DNA of 63,951 nucleotides, filler included, from Octopus bimaculoides (lineage: Eukaryota), in assembly GCF_001194135.2 (NCBI RefSeq). It is 5 parts of 5 records of this genome, joined end to end, with 100 filler letters (N's around TTAATTAATTAA, not from the genome) between each part and the next. Parts side by side here need not be neighbours in the genome. Positions count along the whole stretch, not along the records: positions 1 to 13,206 come from NC_068997.1; positions 13,307 to 26,768 come from NC_068995.1; 3 more parts are not named here. One strand, 5' to 3'. Made by a program: the position numbers and the translations under genes. Of the stretch, positions 1-13,470 are shown piece after piece (the first letter of the stretch is position 1; each line of letters begins with the position of its first letter). The notes under the pieces were generated by a model that saw only the letters and a program-made list of their open reading frames with translations, had not been told where the DNA came from and made no database searches.

Positions 1-67
1 TATATATATATATATATATATAAATACATTCATACATATATATACACGCACACACATAGATAGATAA

Positions 68-110
<43 letters not shown>

Positions 111-428
111 TACATATACATATATATATGTACATATACATATATACATGCATATACATATATATGTACAAGAATATAGACATATACACACACGCACACA
201 CACATATAAGACAGAGAGGGGGAAAGAGTGAAAAAGAGAGAGGGAGAGTAATTTTAAGGCTCATCTTTCATTTCCAATGTTCTTCATTGTGTCGTGTGGC
301 GAAAAGAAACCAAAAGCATTAGAAGCTTTTGTTCGTTGAAGATGATATAATACAAAAGCCCAGTATTCGGCAACGCAGCAATGTGATTTTATTGAAGTCG
401 ATATAAGTGATATAATAAATATGTGATA

Positions 429-512
<84 letters not shown>

Positions 513-678
513 ATAGGACGAATTCTTTTACAAGAATTTATCAAGTAGCTAGCGTGAAAAAACCTCATAAGGGAAAAAAAATCCATCATTTATTCCCGAA
601 ATATATATTAATATTTATATNNNNNNNNNNCGTGAAAAAACCTCATAAGGGAAAAAAAATCCATCATTTATTCCCGAA

Positions 679-1020
679 ATATATATTAATATTTATATAA
701 GGGTATTACTATACAATAATGCCTCACGCTATGAGGGACTCTAAGGTCAGACTACCATAGAAAGCACATTTTTACCGAATGCGAGGAAATGCAACTCTCA
801 AAGCCAACCCCTTAAAAACAGACTAAATTATAGATCATGATTTCGTAGTTATTGTAGTATTTGATCTATAATTTAGTCTGTTTTTAAGGGGTTGGCTTTG
901 AGAGTTGCATTTCCTCGCGTTCGGTAAAAATGTGCTTTTTATGGTAGTCTGACCTTAGAGTCCCTCATAGCGTGAGGCATTATTGTATAGTAATACCCTT
1001 ATATAAATATTAATATATAT
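679..1020. mobile_element. Foldback/MITE-like near-perfect palindrome (159 bp arms, 24 nt loop)
   Basis: 679-837 is the reverse complement of 862-1020 with about 2 mismatches; AT-rich ends. Confidence 0.8.
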
Positions 1021-1029
1021 ATATATATA

Positions 1030-1170
1030 CAACGGGTTTATTTCAGTTTCCATCTATCAAATCTACTCACAAGGCTTTGGTCGGCCCGAGGCTATAGTAG
1101 AAGACACTTGCCCAAGGTGTCATGCTGTGAGACTGAGACCGGAACCATGTGGGTTGGAAAGTAAGCTTAT
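1030..1170 (-). mobile_element. tRNA-derived SINE family A, 5' half
   Basis: Reverse complement matches the head of the 61266-61745 copy (CACCTTGGGCAAGTGTCTTCTACTATAGCCTCGGGCCGACCAAAGCCTTGTGAGT). Confidence 0.85.
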
Positions 1171-1699
1171 CATTTCTTTATTTAATAGCATATCACTAAC
1201 CTTTGTGCAAGAAATTTGTGCACAGTGTGTATTTTACGTTTAGTGCATGTTTTACTTGTAAATGCTGTCATTTTTCAATTTTTCAAACATATGCATTCCG
1301 AGTTAATGCATATAAAGGAAGTTGATTTGTTTTTGTTTGTTTTTTTATTCTTTTTCTTTTTCTTTTTTTTTTGCTATGATGTTAACTATTTCCGGTTATG
1401 ATGAGAAAGAAAGAAAATGAAACTAACGAAAATGCTAATAAAATTTAAAAAATCTCTATATTGACAGAGAACAAGGAACTCAATACAGGTGCTGAGTGTA
1501 GAATTTCATTTTATTAAAACAAGTGTTAAATAAACCCTCAAAACCGCATGTTTTCAGGATAGCATTTGTCCATACTTCCTGCCCATCAAGTGATCGAGGG
1601 TAGATTGGCGGTTAAGCAACTCACATAGTCAAAATATGGCGCACCGAAGTAATTGACCAATTTCTCTCAACACATAACCTATAGTATTTTGGATGATAT

Positions 1700-2400
1700 A
1701 CTTTCTTCTAATTTTGGCAGAAGTCCTGTAGTTTTAAGGAGGAGGGACAAGTCAATTTCATTGACCCCAGTACATGACTGGTATACTATTTTATCGACTC
1801 TAAGGAGATGAGTGGCAAAGTTGACTTCAACGGGATTTGACCTTAAAACAAAAACAAAAAATCAGAAGAAATGCCGGTAAGCATTTTGTCCGACGCACTA
1901 TTGATTGTGTTAACTCGTCTGCTTACATTAGATAATGTTGGTTTCAAGTTTTCGCACAAGGCTAGCAAGGTCAGGGAGAGTGCAAGTTGATTACATCGAC
2001 CCCAGTGCTCAGCTGGTACTAATTTTATCGACTTTGAAACGATGAAAGGCAAGGTCGACCTCGGCGTAATTTGAATTCAGAACGCAAACATGGACGAAAT
2101 GTCGCTAAGCATTTCGCCCAGCGTGCTAATGATTGTTTTGTTTTTTTTTCAGTTAGCCATTACATTAGATAATATATTGGTTTCAAATTTGGCACAAGAC
2201 CGGCAATTTCGGAGGTCGGCGTAAGATTCGTTTAGATCGACTTCAGTGTTCAACTGGTACTAACTTTACCAATCCCGAAAGAATGAAAAGCAAAATCGAC
2301 CTCGGTGTAATTTGAAGTCAGAACCTCAAGTTGGACGGAGCGCCGCTAAGCATTTTGGCCGGCGCGCTGACGATTCTGCCAGCAAGCTGTTACATTAGAT
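1700..2400 (-). mobile_element. Three head-to-tail copies of tRNA-derived SINE family B
   Basis: Three diverged repeats of GGCAAAGTCGACCTCGGC / GACCCCAGT..CAACTGGTAC motifs (as at 53080-53297); TTACATTAGAT at 1923, 2160 and 2390. Confidence 0.8.
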
Positions 2401-2960
2401 GATAAAATATTGCATATTGCTTGGGGATGTTCAGAATTGGATTGATCACATTTGATCAAATGTTTGCTCAATCACATTGGAGCTTAGCAACAACAACAAC
2501 AAGAGCATCAACAACAACAATAAGTATAAAACAAGCACGGCTTTAGAACGAGTTTTATGCATGACCAGAGAAGCAGACAGTGTGTGAGTTAGAGTCAATG
2601 AAAGAGAGAGTCACAGAGAGAGGGAAAGAGAGAGAGAGAGGTGGGGGAACCGAAACAGACAGGCAATGATTGAGAATAATTGAAAAGCTGAATGAGTGTG
2701 TGTCGTGTGTGACTAAAAGGTAACTAGTTTTACAAGAGAGTGAAGACCACCAGTACAATCAGTCAGTCAGTCAGTCAGTCAGTTTATATGGACTGTTATA
2801 GGAGCCAGTTATGGTGTTGGAAGTACTACAAACAGCCAGTGGTCATTTTACTGTTTAGTAAAGAGCTAAGCTGAAAGCTAGTGCTGGCTTAAAGAGAGAC
2901 CAAGTCAAAACTGAGAACTGCCAGAAGACGGAGCTTGGCGCTGACTACAGGAGTGACATC

Positions 2961-3013
<53 letters not shown>

Positions 3014-3394
3014 AATCTATCTATCTATCTATCTATCTTTATATATATATATATACATATATACATATATATGTGCGTGTGTGTATGAATATGTATATAT
3101 ATACATATATGTGTGCGTGTGTGTATGAATATGTATATATATATATGAATGTATGCATATATGTATATATATATATTTATATATACAAATGTATGCGTGT
3201 AAATATATATATATATGTGTGTGTGTGTATACATATATGTATATATACATAAGTATGTATGTATATGTATATTCCTTTCTAGCAACAGGTCCTTTTTATC
3301 AATATACTTAAGTGTCTGTGTGTACGCGCTTACTTGTATCTGTATGAATATATAAGTATGTGTATATCTAAGCGTATATATATATATGTCCGTT

Positions 3395-3450
<56 letters not shown>

Positions 3451-3488
3451 CATGTTTGTATCTAAACGTATGTATATATGTGTGTGTC

Positions 3489-3544
<56 letters not shown>

Positions 3545-3582
3545 CATGTTTGTATCTAAACGTATGTATATATGTGTGTGTC

Positions 3583-3613
<31 letters not shown>

Positions 3614-3717
3614 GTGTGTGTATGTATATATGATACATATATATGTATATAAGCACATACATATATGTTCATATTCGTGTATGTGTGTGTGTACTATTGT
3701 GTCTCTAGTTGTGTGCG

Positions 3718-3763
<46 letters not shown>

Positions 3764-4096
3764 TGTAGGAAAAAATAAGACAAGCAGAAAGAGCGAGACA
3801 GAGATAGAGATTGAGCAGCGGATAGTGATAAGGAAAAGAGTTGAAAAGAAGAAAAGAAAGAGAAAGGGAGGTGGGGCGATATAGACATGAATACTCGATA
3901 GAGAGAGAGGGAGAGAGAGGGGTGCTGAAGCAGGAGAGATATAGAACGAGAGTTTGAGAGGGGGAATGAGAAACAGAGAGAAAAAGAGAGAGGGGGAGGG
4001 AAATTGAGTGCAAAAGAGATTGAGAGATAGATAGGGAGAGAGAGACAGAGAGAGAAACAGACAGACAGACAGACAGATACAGAAAGAAAGACAGAT

Positions 4097-4135
<39 letters not shown>

Positions 4136-5060
4136 TTATACGTAAAGGGTGAGATTGTATCCGGAGAACGATGTAACTGTATCTCCCGCGGCGTTGTGGT
4201 CAGTCTTAATGAGGTGATTTGTAGAGGTGGTCGTGGTAGTTGTGATGGCGGTGGTGGTGGTGGTGGTGGTGGTNNNNNNNNNNNNNNNNNNNNNNNNNNN
4301 NNNNNNNNNNNNNNNNNNNNNNNNNNNNNNNNNNNNNNNNNNNNNNNNNNNNNNNNNNNNNNNNNNNNNNNNNNNNNNNNNNNNNNNNNNNNNNNNNNNN
4401 NNNNNNNNNNNNNNNNNNNNNNNNNNNNNNNNNNNNNNNNNNNNNNNNNNNNNNNNNNNNNNNNNNNNNNNNNNNNNNNNNNNNNNNNNNNNNNNNNNNN
4501 NNNNNNNNNNNNNNNNNNNNNNNNNNNNNNNNNNNNNNNNNNNNNNNNNNNNNNNNNNNNNNNNNNNNNNNNNNNNNNNNNNNNNNNNNNNNNNNNNNNN
4601 NNNNNNNNNNNNNNNNNNNNNNNNNNNNNNNNNNNNNNNNNNNNNNNNNNNNNNNNNNNNNNNNNNNNNNNNNNNNNNNNNNNNNNNNNNNNNNNNNNNN
4701 NNNNNNNNNNNNNNNNNNNNNNNNNNNNNNNNNNNNNNNNNNNNNNNNNNNNNNNNNNNNNNNNNNNNNNNNNNNNNNNNNNNNNNNNNNNNNNNNNNNN
4801 NNNNNNNNNNNNNNNNNNNNNNNNNNNNNNNNNNNNNNNNNNNNNNNNNNNNNNNNNNNNNNNNNNNNNNNNNNNNNNNNNNNNNNNNNNNNNNNNNNNN
4901 NNNNNNNNNNNNNNNNNNNNNNNNNNNNNNNNNNNNNNNNNNNNNNATATATACATATACATATGTATATATATACATATATATATATATATAATATATA
5001 TATATACACAAACATATACATATATATATACATATATATACATATACATATGTATATATA

Positions 5061-5108
<48 letters not shown>

Positions 5109-5123
5109 TATATATATGTATGT

Positions 5124-5158
<35 letters not shown>

Positions 5159-6169
5159 CCTGCTTATATGCATACATAGACACATAGACACACACACACA
5201 TACAAACATACATGCATGCATACATGCATACACTGACCCACATACACGTCTTAAGTGTGTGATTGTTGATAGGAGGAGACAAGAATGCGAGTGTAAGACT
5301 GACCAACAGGGATTACTGTGGGGTGGGAGGAGGCACATGTCGTGGGGGGTGACGCGGAGTAGGTGAGCAAGTCTTGTGAGCATACTGTAAATGAATGTTG
5401 TAACAGATTGAGTAGCTGGTTGGCTGGTTGGTTGGTTGGTAGCGTATAATGTTCCTTGGTTGTTGTTGCTGTTCAACCCCCAGATAAGACCTGCTAGAAC
5501 ATACTTATATAATCAAGGGGGTATACAGCCGTGACAATCTCGTTGATATTATTTGCTGTGTGCAAGGATCTCAGGACGATATTGTCTACAATGTTGTGAT
5601 TTCTTTCCTTTGACGGGAGAGTGTGATTTGAACATTATTATTTGCTATTACTTCCAGCAGGTCAGGTATCCACGTTGAGGCTCCCACATTGAATGTATGT
5701 GCGTTATTAAACATTAACTCCAAATAATTATATTGCGTTCTATTTTCCTTTTGATTTTTCACCTACTCGCGCGCGAGCATGTATGTGTGTGTGTGTGTGT
5801 GTGAACTTTTATGAAAGATTGCATGTGTGTATGTGGTCTATATTACAGTGAAAGGCAACTAAATTACTAGGTCCGTACCATGCATTTCATGCAGACTTCG
5901 TTTTAATGCTCAGACCGTAAGGTAAGTGGATGCAGTCACTACACCAGAACGTTATCAGTGAATGCACAAAACCATTGGTATGGAACTAATGTTCTAGTCT
6001 CCAGCATCTTGAAAATTAGAGTAATCAGGACAAGAGTCACGGCTTGCGTAGCTAAAATATTCGTCTTATGACCGCACTGGTTTCTGGTTCAATCCTACTA
6101 TGTGGCACCTTGGATGGTTATCTTTAACCATAATTGGCATTGAAGCATAAAAATACTTACATACACACA

Positions 6170-6207
<38 letters not shown>

Positions 6208-6957
6208 NNNNNNNNNNNNNNNNNNNNNNNNNNNNNNNNNNNNNNNNNNNNNNNNNNNNNNNNNNNNNNNNNNNNNNNNNNNNNNNNNNNNNNNNNNNNN
6301 NNNNNNNNNNNNNNNNNNNNNNNNNNNNNNNNNNNNNNNNNNNNNNNNNNNNNNNNNNNNNNNNNNNNNNNNNNNNNNNNNNNNNNNNNNNNNNNNNNNN
6401 NNNNNNNNNNNNNNNNNNNNNNNNNNNNNNNNNNNNNNNNNNNNNNNNNNNNNNNNNNNNNNNNNNNNNNNNNNNNNNNNNNNNNNNNNNNNNNNNNNNN
6501 NNNNNNNNNNNNNNNNNNNNNNNNNNNNNNNNNNNNNNNNNNNNNNNNNNNNNNNNNNNNNNNNNNNNNNNNNNNNNNNNNNNNNNNNNNNNNNNNNNNN
6601 NNNNNNNNNNNNNNNNNNNNNNNNNNNNNNNNNNNNNNNNNNNNNNNNNNNNNNNNNNNNNNNNNNNNNNNNNNNNNNNNNNNNNNNNNNNNNNNNNNNN
6701 NNNNNNNNNNNNNNNNNNNNNNNNNNNNNNNNNNNNNNNNNNNNNNNNNNNNNNNNNNNNNNNNNNNNNNNNNNNNNNNNNNNNNNNNNNNNNNNNNNNN
6801 NNNNNNNNNNNNNNNNNNNNNNNNNNNNNNNNNNNNNNNNNNNNNNNNNNNNNNNNNNNNNNNNNNNNNNNNNNNNNNNNNNNNNNNNNNNNNNNNNNNN
6901 NNNNNNNNNNNNNNNNNNNNNNNNNNNNNNNNNNNNNNNNNNNNNNNNNNNNNNNNN

Positions 6958-6990
<33 letters not shown>

Positions 6991-7244
6991 AATTCAAATT
7001 ACGATGAATGCAAACAAACAAACGAAGTTTGTTTTAGAAGCGTTGAGATGTCTTAGAAAGTTAAAGAAGTGATTTTTAAATTCTCAAACGTAGAATAATT
7101 CTAATAATATAGCCTGAACAGGATAAGCTACCCCTATTTTGCAGAAAAAAGTGTTGGCGGCCGGCTGTGTGTGTGCATGTGTATACATACATGTGTATAT
7201 ATAGATAGATAGATAGATATAGATATAGATATATATAGATATAT

Positions 7245-7450
7245 ATTACTTGTTTTAGTTATTTGACTGCATTCATCCTGGGGCACCACCTTCGAGGGTT
7301 TTAATCAAACAAATAGACTCCAGGACTTGTCTTTTTTAGCCTAGTACTTATTCCATTGGCCTCTTTTGCCGAACCACTATGTTACTGGGATGTAAACACA
7401 ACAATACCGGTTGTCAAGCGGTAGGGGTGGGACAAATACAGACACAAAGT
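7245..7450 (-). mobile_element. SINE family A, 3' half
   Basis: Reverse complement matches TTGACAACCGG..GTGTTTACATCCC..GGTTCGGCAAAAGAG..AATAAGTACTAGGCT of other copies. Confidence 0.8.
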
Positions 7451-7489
7451 CACACGTTCCCAACTTTGATTCTCCATAAATCGGAAATT

Positions 7490-7800
7490 GATGGTCACGC
7501 TCTTCTTTCTTTGTCATGAATTTCAGTACGACCTGCTGGAAAATCTCTCTATACCGCTTGCGGACGTTTTTGACATCCATGCACGACTCGCCACACACAC
7601 TCCCGTTAAGTGTCGATAAATTTCAATACGTTTAATGCCTTTTGCGTTCAAACACCGAATAACTGCAAGAACTTCACACTTGGCGGTAGTGTCATTGGGA
7701 GCTCCATCAGATACGACTGCCAAGTCAAGACTGGGCGTAGCAGCAAGGCTCGTTTCATTAATTTCATCCTTTTTACTAATTTTAGTTATTATTGTTTTTT
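7490..7800 (-). mobile_element. mariner-family transposase N-terminal HTH fragment (degraded)
   Basis: TAKCEVLAVIRCLNAKGIKRIEIYRHLTG / GESCMDVKNVRKRYRE.. resembles the mariner N-terminus (EVRAVIRFL..EIHRQL..VYGE..M..V.KW); frameshifted. Confidence 0.8.
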
Positions 7801-7879
7801 TCACCTACCAACATACTCACTAGTTGACAGCCACTTTACATGTGATATGAACTATCACCCCACTTTGTATTTATTTAAC

Positions 7880-8250
7880 TTTAGACAAAAAAAATTAGCA
7901 GAACTGTCAGATTTTCAAAGAGGTCGTATTGTCAGGCAATCTGAGGCTGGGCTTAGCCAGCGAAAAATTGAGGAACATCTTCAAATTCCTCTCGCTAGAG
8001 TTGATAGAGCTATAGTGCAATTCAAAAACCAAGAAAAAGAATCAACAGATACTCGTCCCGGACGATCTGGGTCCTCGGAAAGGAAACTTCGCTGTTTGAA
8101 GAGAATTGTGGAAGACGAACCTCGTTCGAAGGCTTCTGACATTGCAAAACAGTTAGATGCTAGTCCAAGAACGTGTGTTACATATCTGCATAAGCTTGGG
8201 TATTATGGACGAGCAGCTAGAAGAAGACCTCTCCTTCAACCAATTAATAT
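7880..8250 (+). mobile_element. Tc1-like transposase N-terminal DNA-binding region (no DDE domain present)
   Basis: ELSDFQRGRIVRQSEAGLSQRKI..RPGR..SERKLRCLKRIVEDEPR..LHKLGYYGRAARRRPLL, the typical Tc1 paired HTH with GRPR-like and RKPLL-like motifs. Confidence 0.85.
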
Positions 8251-8302
8251 CAAATATAAGATTTTGAAAAGTAAAGCTATCCATTTGATTCTTGCTTGTC
8301 TG

Positions 8303-8346
<44 letters not shown>

Positions 8347-8401
8347 TATATAAGAGGGATGACCACTAAGTGGACATCCATTTTGCTAGAAGTAAATTTA
8401 A

Positions 8402-8437
<36 letters not shown>

Positions 8438-9017
8438 NNNNNNNNNNNNNNNNNNNNNNNNNNNNNNNNNNNNNNNNNNNNNNNNNNNNNNNNNNNNNNN
8501 NNNNNNNNNNNNNNNNNNNNNNNNNNNNNNNNNNNNNNNNNNNNNNNNNNNNNNNNNNNNNNNNNNNNNNNNNNNNNNNNNNNNNNNNNNNNNNNNNNNN
8601 NNNNNNNNNNNNNNNNNNNNNNNNNNNNNNNNNNNNNNNNNNNNNNNNNNNNNNNNNNNNNNNNNNNNNNNNNNNNNNNNNNNNNNNNNNNNNNNNNNNN
8701 NNNNNNNNNNNNNNNNNNNNNNNNNNNNNNNNNNNNNNNNNNNNNNNNNNNNNNNNNNNNNNNNNNNNNNNNNNNNNNNNNNNNNNNNNNNNNNNNNNNN
8801 NNNNNNNNNNNNNNNNNNNNNNNNNNNNNNNNNNNNNNNNNNNNNNNNNNNNNNNNNNNNNNNNNNNNNNNNNNNNNNNNNNNNNNNNNNNNNNNNNNNN
8901 NNNNNNNNNNNNNNNNNNNNNNNNNNNNNNNNNNNNNNNNNNNNNNNNNNNNNNNNNNNNNNNNNNNNNNNNNNGTGTGTGTGTGATTGTTTGTGCGTGT
9001 GTACGTGTGTGTGATTA

Positions 9018-9064
<47 letters not shown>

Positions 9065-9379
9065 TTTCATGTATGTGTTTTCATGTATGTGTTTTCATGT
9101 GTGTGAGTATGCGACGTTAAAGAGTGCTTCACTCTGTGTAATTATTTTCTTTCTCATTTGTGAATATTGACGTTAGTGTCAGTATATGTGTGTGTGTATG
9201 TGTGTGTGTGTATGTGTGTGTGTTTTTGTGCTAACCCGAATAGCATTATAAGTAGGGGGTTGACTATTTTGCAGTGTATTGTACGATGCCCAGTACACAA
9301 TCACTCTAATCCTATATATTTCCTTTTCCTTTTGAAGCCAAACACCTACCTCAACCTCTCTTTTCCTCTCTCTCTCCCT

Positions 9380-9447
<68 letters not shown>

Positions 9448-10059
9448 NNNNNNNNNNNNNNNNNNNNNNNNNNNNNNNNNNNNNNNNNNNNNNNNNNNNN
9501 NNNNNNNNNNNNNNNNNNNNNNNNNNNNNNNNNNNNNNNNNNNNNNNNNNNNNNNNNNNNNNNNNNNNNNNNNNNNNNNNNNNNNNNNNNNNNNNNNNNN
9601 NNNNNNNNNNNNNNNNNNNNNNNNNNNNNNNNNNNNNNNNNNNNNNNNNNNNNNNNNNNNNNNNNNNNNNNNNNNNNNNNNNNNNNNNNNNNNNNNNNNN
9701 NNNNNNNNNNNNNNNNNNNNNNNNNNNNNNNNNNNNNNNNNNNNNNNNNNNNNNNNNNNNNNNNNNNNNNNNNNNNNNNNNNNNNNNNNNNNNNNNNNNN
9801 NNNNNNNNNNNNNNNNNNNNNNNNNNNNNNNNNNNNNNNNNNNNNNNNNNNNNNNNNNNNNNNNNNNNNNNNNNNNNNNNNNNNNNNNNNNNNNNNNNNN
9901 NNNNNNNNNNNNNNNNNNNNNNNNNNNNNNNNNNNNNNNNNNNNNNNNNNNNNNNNNNNNNNNNNNNNNNNNNNNNNNNNNNNNNNNNNNNNNNNNNNNN
10001 NNNNNNNNNNNNNNNNNNNNNNNNNNNNNNNNNNNNNNNNNNNNNNNNNNNNNNNNNNN

Positions 10060-10098
<39 letters not shown>

Positions 10099-10419
10099 GT
10101 ATATGTTTGTGTGCCTGTCTTTTTCCCCTCCATCGCTTGACAATAGACACTTAAATCTTAGCTGCGTACCAAAAGCACGTTAAGTGAAAACTTCTTATAG
10201 ATAACATTAACTGATTGAGCTCATAATTTCTGGCATTATGCACGATGAGCATGTACAGTTATAGCGGCCTTTTCTTCTGACTCTCAATGTTTTTAAGTTC
10301 AAAACCTGCCGAGGTCAACTTTACCTTTTTTCCTTTGAAGATTTATAAAATCAAGTACTGGTCCTATAGAAGGATCGATAATAAAATGATAAAATAAAGA
10401 TTCTCAGTTGTCTAAGAGT

Positions 10420-11932
10420 TTTGCCTAAAGCATTTCTTTCGCTTGGTGAGAATGTTGTAATCTGAGAAATCAGTTGTTCTTAAATCAATAACACAGCCAA
10501 GTTTTAATACATAACTATTACAAAGACGGTCTACGAAGACTGTACTGTAAACATCGTGTAAGTGAGTGAATCCAGGTTAAAAATTATAGCAATTGTACAT
10601 CATGATATCCTTCTAAATCCTCTCCTGCATATGGGAAAATTGTTTCAGCAACAAATTGGAACATTTCAGCAGATTATACAGATTAAAATTACTCAATCCT
10701 ACAATCTTTGTCTTTGACATTAACATTAAGAATACGAGTCCTGAACATTATGACGATGCGAATGTAACTTCGAATATTAATTGTGCAATGAATGAATGAT
10801 AATTTATATCAGGTTAGGACGCCCAGTTCAAATGGCATTGGATTCTGGTGCAGCATGACCCACGAATTCAGCTTTGTTGTCAATAAAGTCATCATTAATC
10901 ATGAAATCTACTGATAGGCATTTAACTTCTTATGAGGTTTCAAAGCTAGATACACTACAACAGCTTTGCTTGGCTTTGGAGATAAGAAGACGCTCTTCAG
11001 CTTTGTTCACGTTTATAGTCCTTATAACTTTGGATTAACAGGTGCAGTTATTCTGACAGGTACACCATATTATTGTGTTCCTGATTATTCATAATTAATA
11101 ACAGTCATAATGGTGAAATTTCAGTATCCGAGATATTTGAAAATATTTGTACAGCCTCTTCAGTTCTAGAATATTTAAAAATAGAAGTTGAAATTGGAGT
11201 CCGCAATCTTGAAATAAATGAGATCAAAACTCAATGGCCTATAACAGTAAGCATAATCACTTGGATGTAAAAAAAAATATCAGCTTCATTTATCAGCATC
11301 TTTGCAAAAGTTTGAAGTCCTACATCCTGCCCAAAATCTGTACCTAAAGGTACTGAAGAAAGAACTGTACAAACAACCAATCGTACATTAAAAGGTTCAT
11401 CAACTGAAAATATTGGTATTTGTTAGATTTTTTTCAGTTATCGTAGTGCATCTAGTACATGTAAGTTATCCCCAACTGATGAGAAATTACATAGGAGACA
11501 ATTAACTGTAGTAGTAAGTCCTTTCTTTACGAAGTTGAACAAATGGTTCATTACAGGAACAATACAGTGAAATTTCCTGCAGATGTACGCTATCTGACTC
11601 ATGCTGGCAGAAACACAACTTGGATTAAAGATGAAAAGGCTCAGTTAGCGTCAATCGAACAAATTACTTCTAAATATCCTTTCCTAAGTATATATGCTAA
11701 TTCTGATAATGCTATCAATAGGCTGACGTCTCCAGCTTCTCCATCTCCTGCAGAGTTGCCTTTTCATTATATGATCCCTTATAGTAATGATTCTAACAGA
11801 TCTGCATCATCAATTTCTCCATCTCCTACTGCTGCTATTATTCAATTTTCAGCACATACAATACTGACAACACTACGAAGTCATGCTAATCCTTACAGTA
11901 ATTTAATGACTAGTAGAGTACCACAATGTTAA
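10420..11932 (+). pseudogene. Decayed intronless coding-like relic of unknown origin, N-glycosylation-sequon-rich; strand ambiguous in the central part
   Basis: Open frame about 11492-11932 (ETINCSSKSFLYEVEQMVHYRNNTVKFPADVRYL...) whose antisense shadow frame has about 12 stops; upstream frameshifted segments (GFKARYTTTALLGFGDKKTLFSFVHVYSPYNFGLTGAVILTGTPYYC; INNSHNGEISVSEIFENIC...); no microsatellites. Confidence 0.4.
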
Positions 11933-12295
11933 AGCTGTAGAATCTTGAAAGGAATCTGGAAGGCACAAAGATATAATGACGAACACGATTTCTCATTCGT
12001 GGTTGGTGTAATGCTATATTTATAACGTTCTAAATAATTGTTTTCTATGTTCACTGTTCAATTATAAATATATACGTATGTGCCACTAAACAAAGGATGT
12101 AAATGAAAGGCGCTTGTCGTTCTCATCTTACGTTTAGTTTTCCGTGTAACGCTAAGATAACAATGGTGAGCTACGATGGCGTTATAGCAAATGTCTGAAG
12201 ACTTGAACTTAATATCGGGGATTTAACATAATTATCATGAAGACAACACCACACAAAAATAAATGTTATCGTCCAAGCGTATACACGTATATGTA

Positions 12296-12368
<73 letters not shown>

Positions 12369-12669
12369 TAAACTATACATAAGTGGGCAATATTTTTCGG
12401 TCGAAATGACACAAGAACTGTAAGAATCCAAATTTAGGGAAGAAAAAAGGGGTTTTCCACGGAACACAAAATACGAATCTGCCGTATAAAGGGTGACTGG
12501 ATTACTGGCAGCACCGAACAAATACTGTCTACTTCACCCTTCAGATTTCCAATATTTAAGCGGTTTATCAGTTTAAATTAGTTTATAAATTAGGTATTCG
12601 TACAGGCAATCATATGTGTTGTTTTTAGCTATCACAGCCACGGGCATTTTATGACATACATACATAGAT

Positions 12670-12890
12670 ACATATTGTTGTTGTTTGGGACAGAGGGGCA
12701 AAGGTATGTACCATCATAGTGGTCAGCTGCCTTGAAGATATGAATATCTCTTTGAAAATCAAAGTAAAAGAGGATATTTATGGACAACTGCTTCGAAACC
12801 TCCAGCTTCTATATCCAGACTATGAATTCATATTTATACCAATAATAATTGGAGCACTAGGTTTGGTTAGCAAATGCTTAAAGCCGAGGT
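12670..12890 (+). mobile_element. RLE-type non-LTR retrotransposon endonuclease fragment
   Basis: IVVVWDRGAKVCTIIVVSCLEDMNISLKIKVKEDIYGQLLRNLQLLYPDYEFIFIPIIIGALG fits the restriction-like endonuclease C-terminus (PD..D/E..P..K..Y..P.VIGALG). Confidence 0.7.
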
Positions 12891-13152
12891 GAAGGTCAAT
12901 TTGTGCCAAGCGGCTTTACTCTGCGTGCTTTAGTGTCGTTACTATAGCAACTGTCCAGATACTTATTGATCGGACCACGTATATATGTGTGTGTGTCTGT
13001 GTGTTTGTGTGTATGTGTGTGTGGGTGCGTGTGTATGTGTGTGCATAATCAGTTGATTTCCCGGTGAGGTGGACCACAAATGAGATTTACATCTGAATAT
13101 TTATAGCTGTTCCATAATTCGCTTTCAGTTACGTCATCCATATGATGTATAC

Positions 13153-13206
<54 letters not shown>

Positions 13207-13250
13207 NNNNNNNNNNNNNNNNNNNNNNNNNNNNNNNNNNNNNNNNNNNN

Positions 13251-13262
13251 TTAATTAATTAA
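13251..13262. other. Assembly spacer TTAATTAATTAA inside a 100 bp gap (also near 26813, 42165 and 62427)
   Basis: Identical 12-mer centred in N runs four times. Confidence 0.9.
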
Positions 13263-13306
13263 NNNNNNNNNNNNNNNNNNNNNNNNNNNNNNNNNNNNNN
13301 NNNNNN

Positions 13307-13470
<164 letters not shown>

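Noticed and set aside
553-698. 68 bp direct repeat either side of a 10-N gap
   Set aside because: Typical unmerged contig overlap
5871-5921. Strong AAG|GTAAGT donor with a possible 51 nt exon
   Set aside because: Weak acceptor and an unrecognisable short peptide
11780-11850. Minus-strand AVGDGEIDDADLL resembling a TPP-binding GDG motif
   Set aside because: Lies in the stop-rich shadow frame of the plus ORF (mirror of SPSP codons)
13251-13262. Recurrent TTAATTAATTAA motif
   Set aside because: Always centred in 100 bp N gaps; a scaffolding spacer
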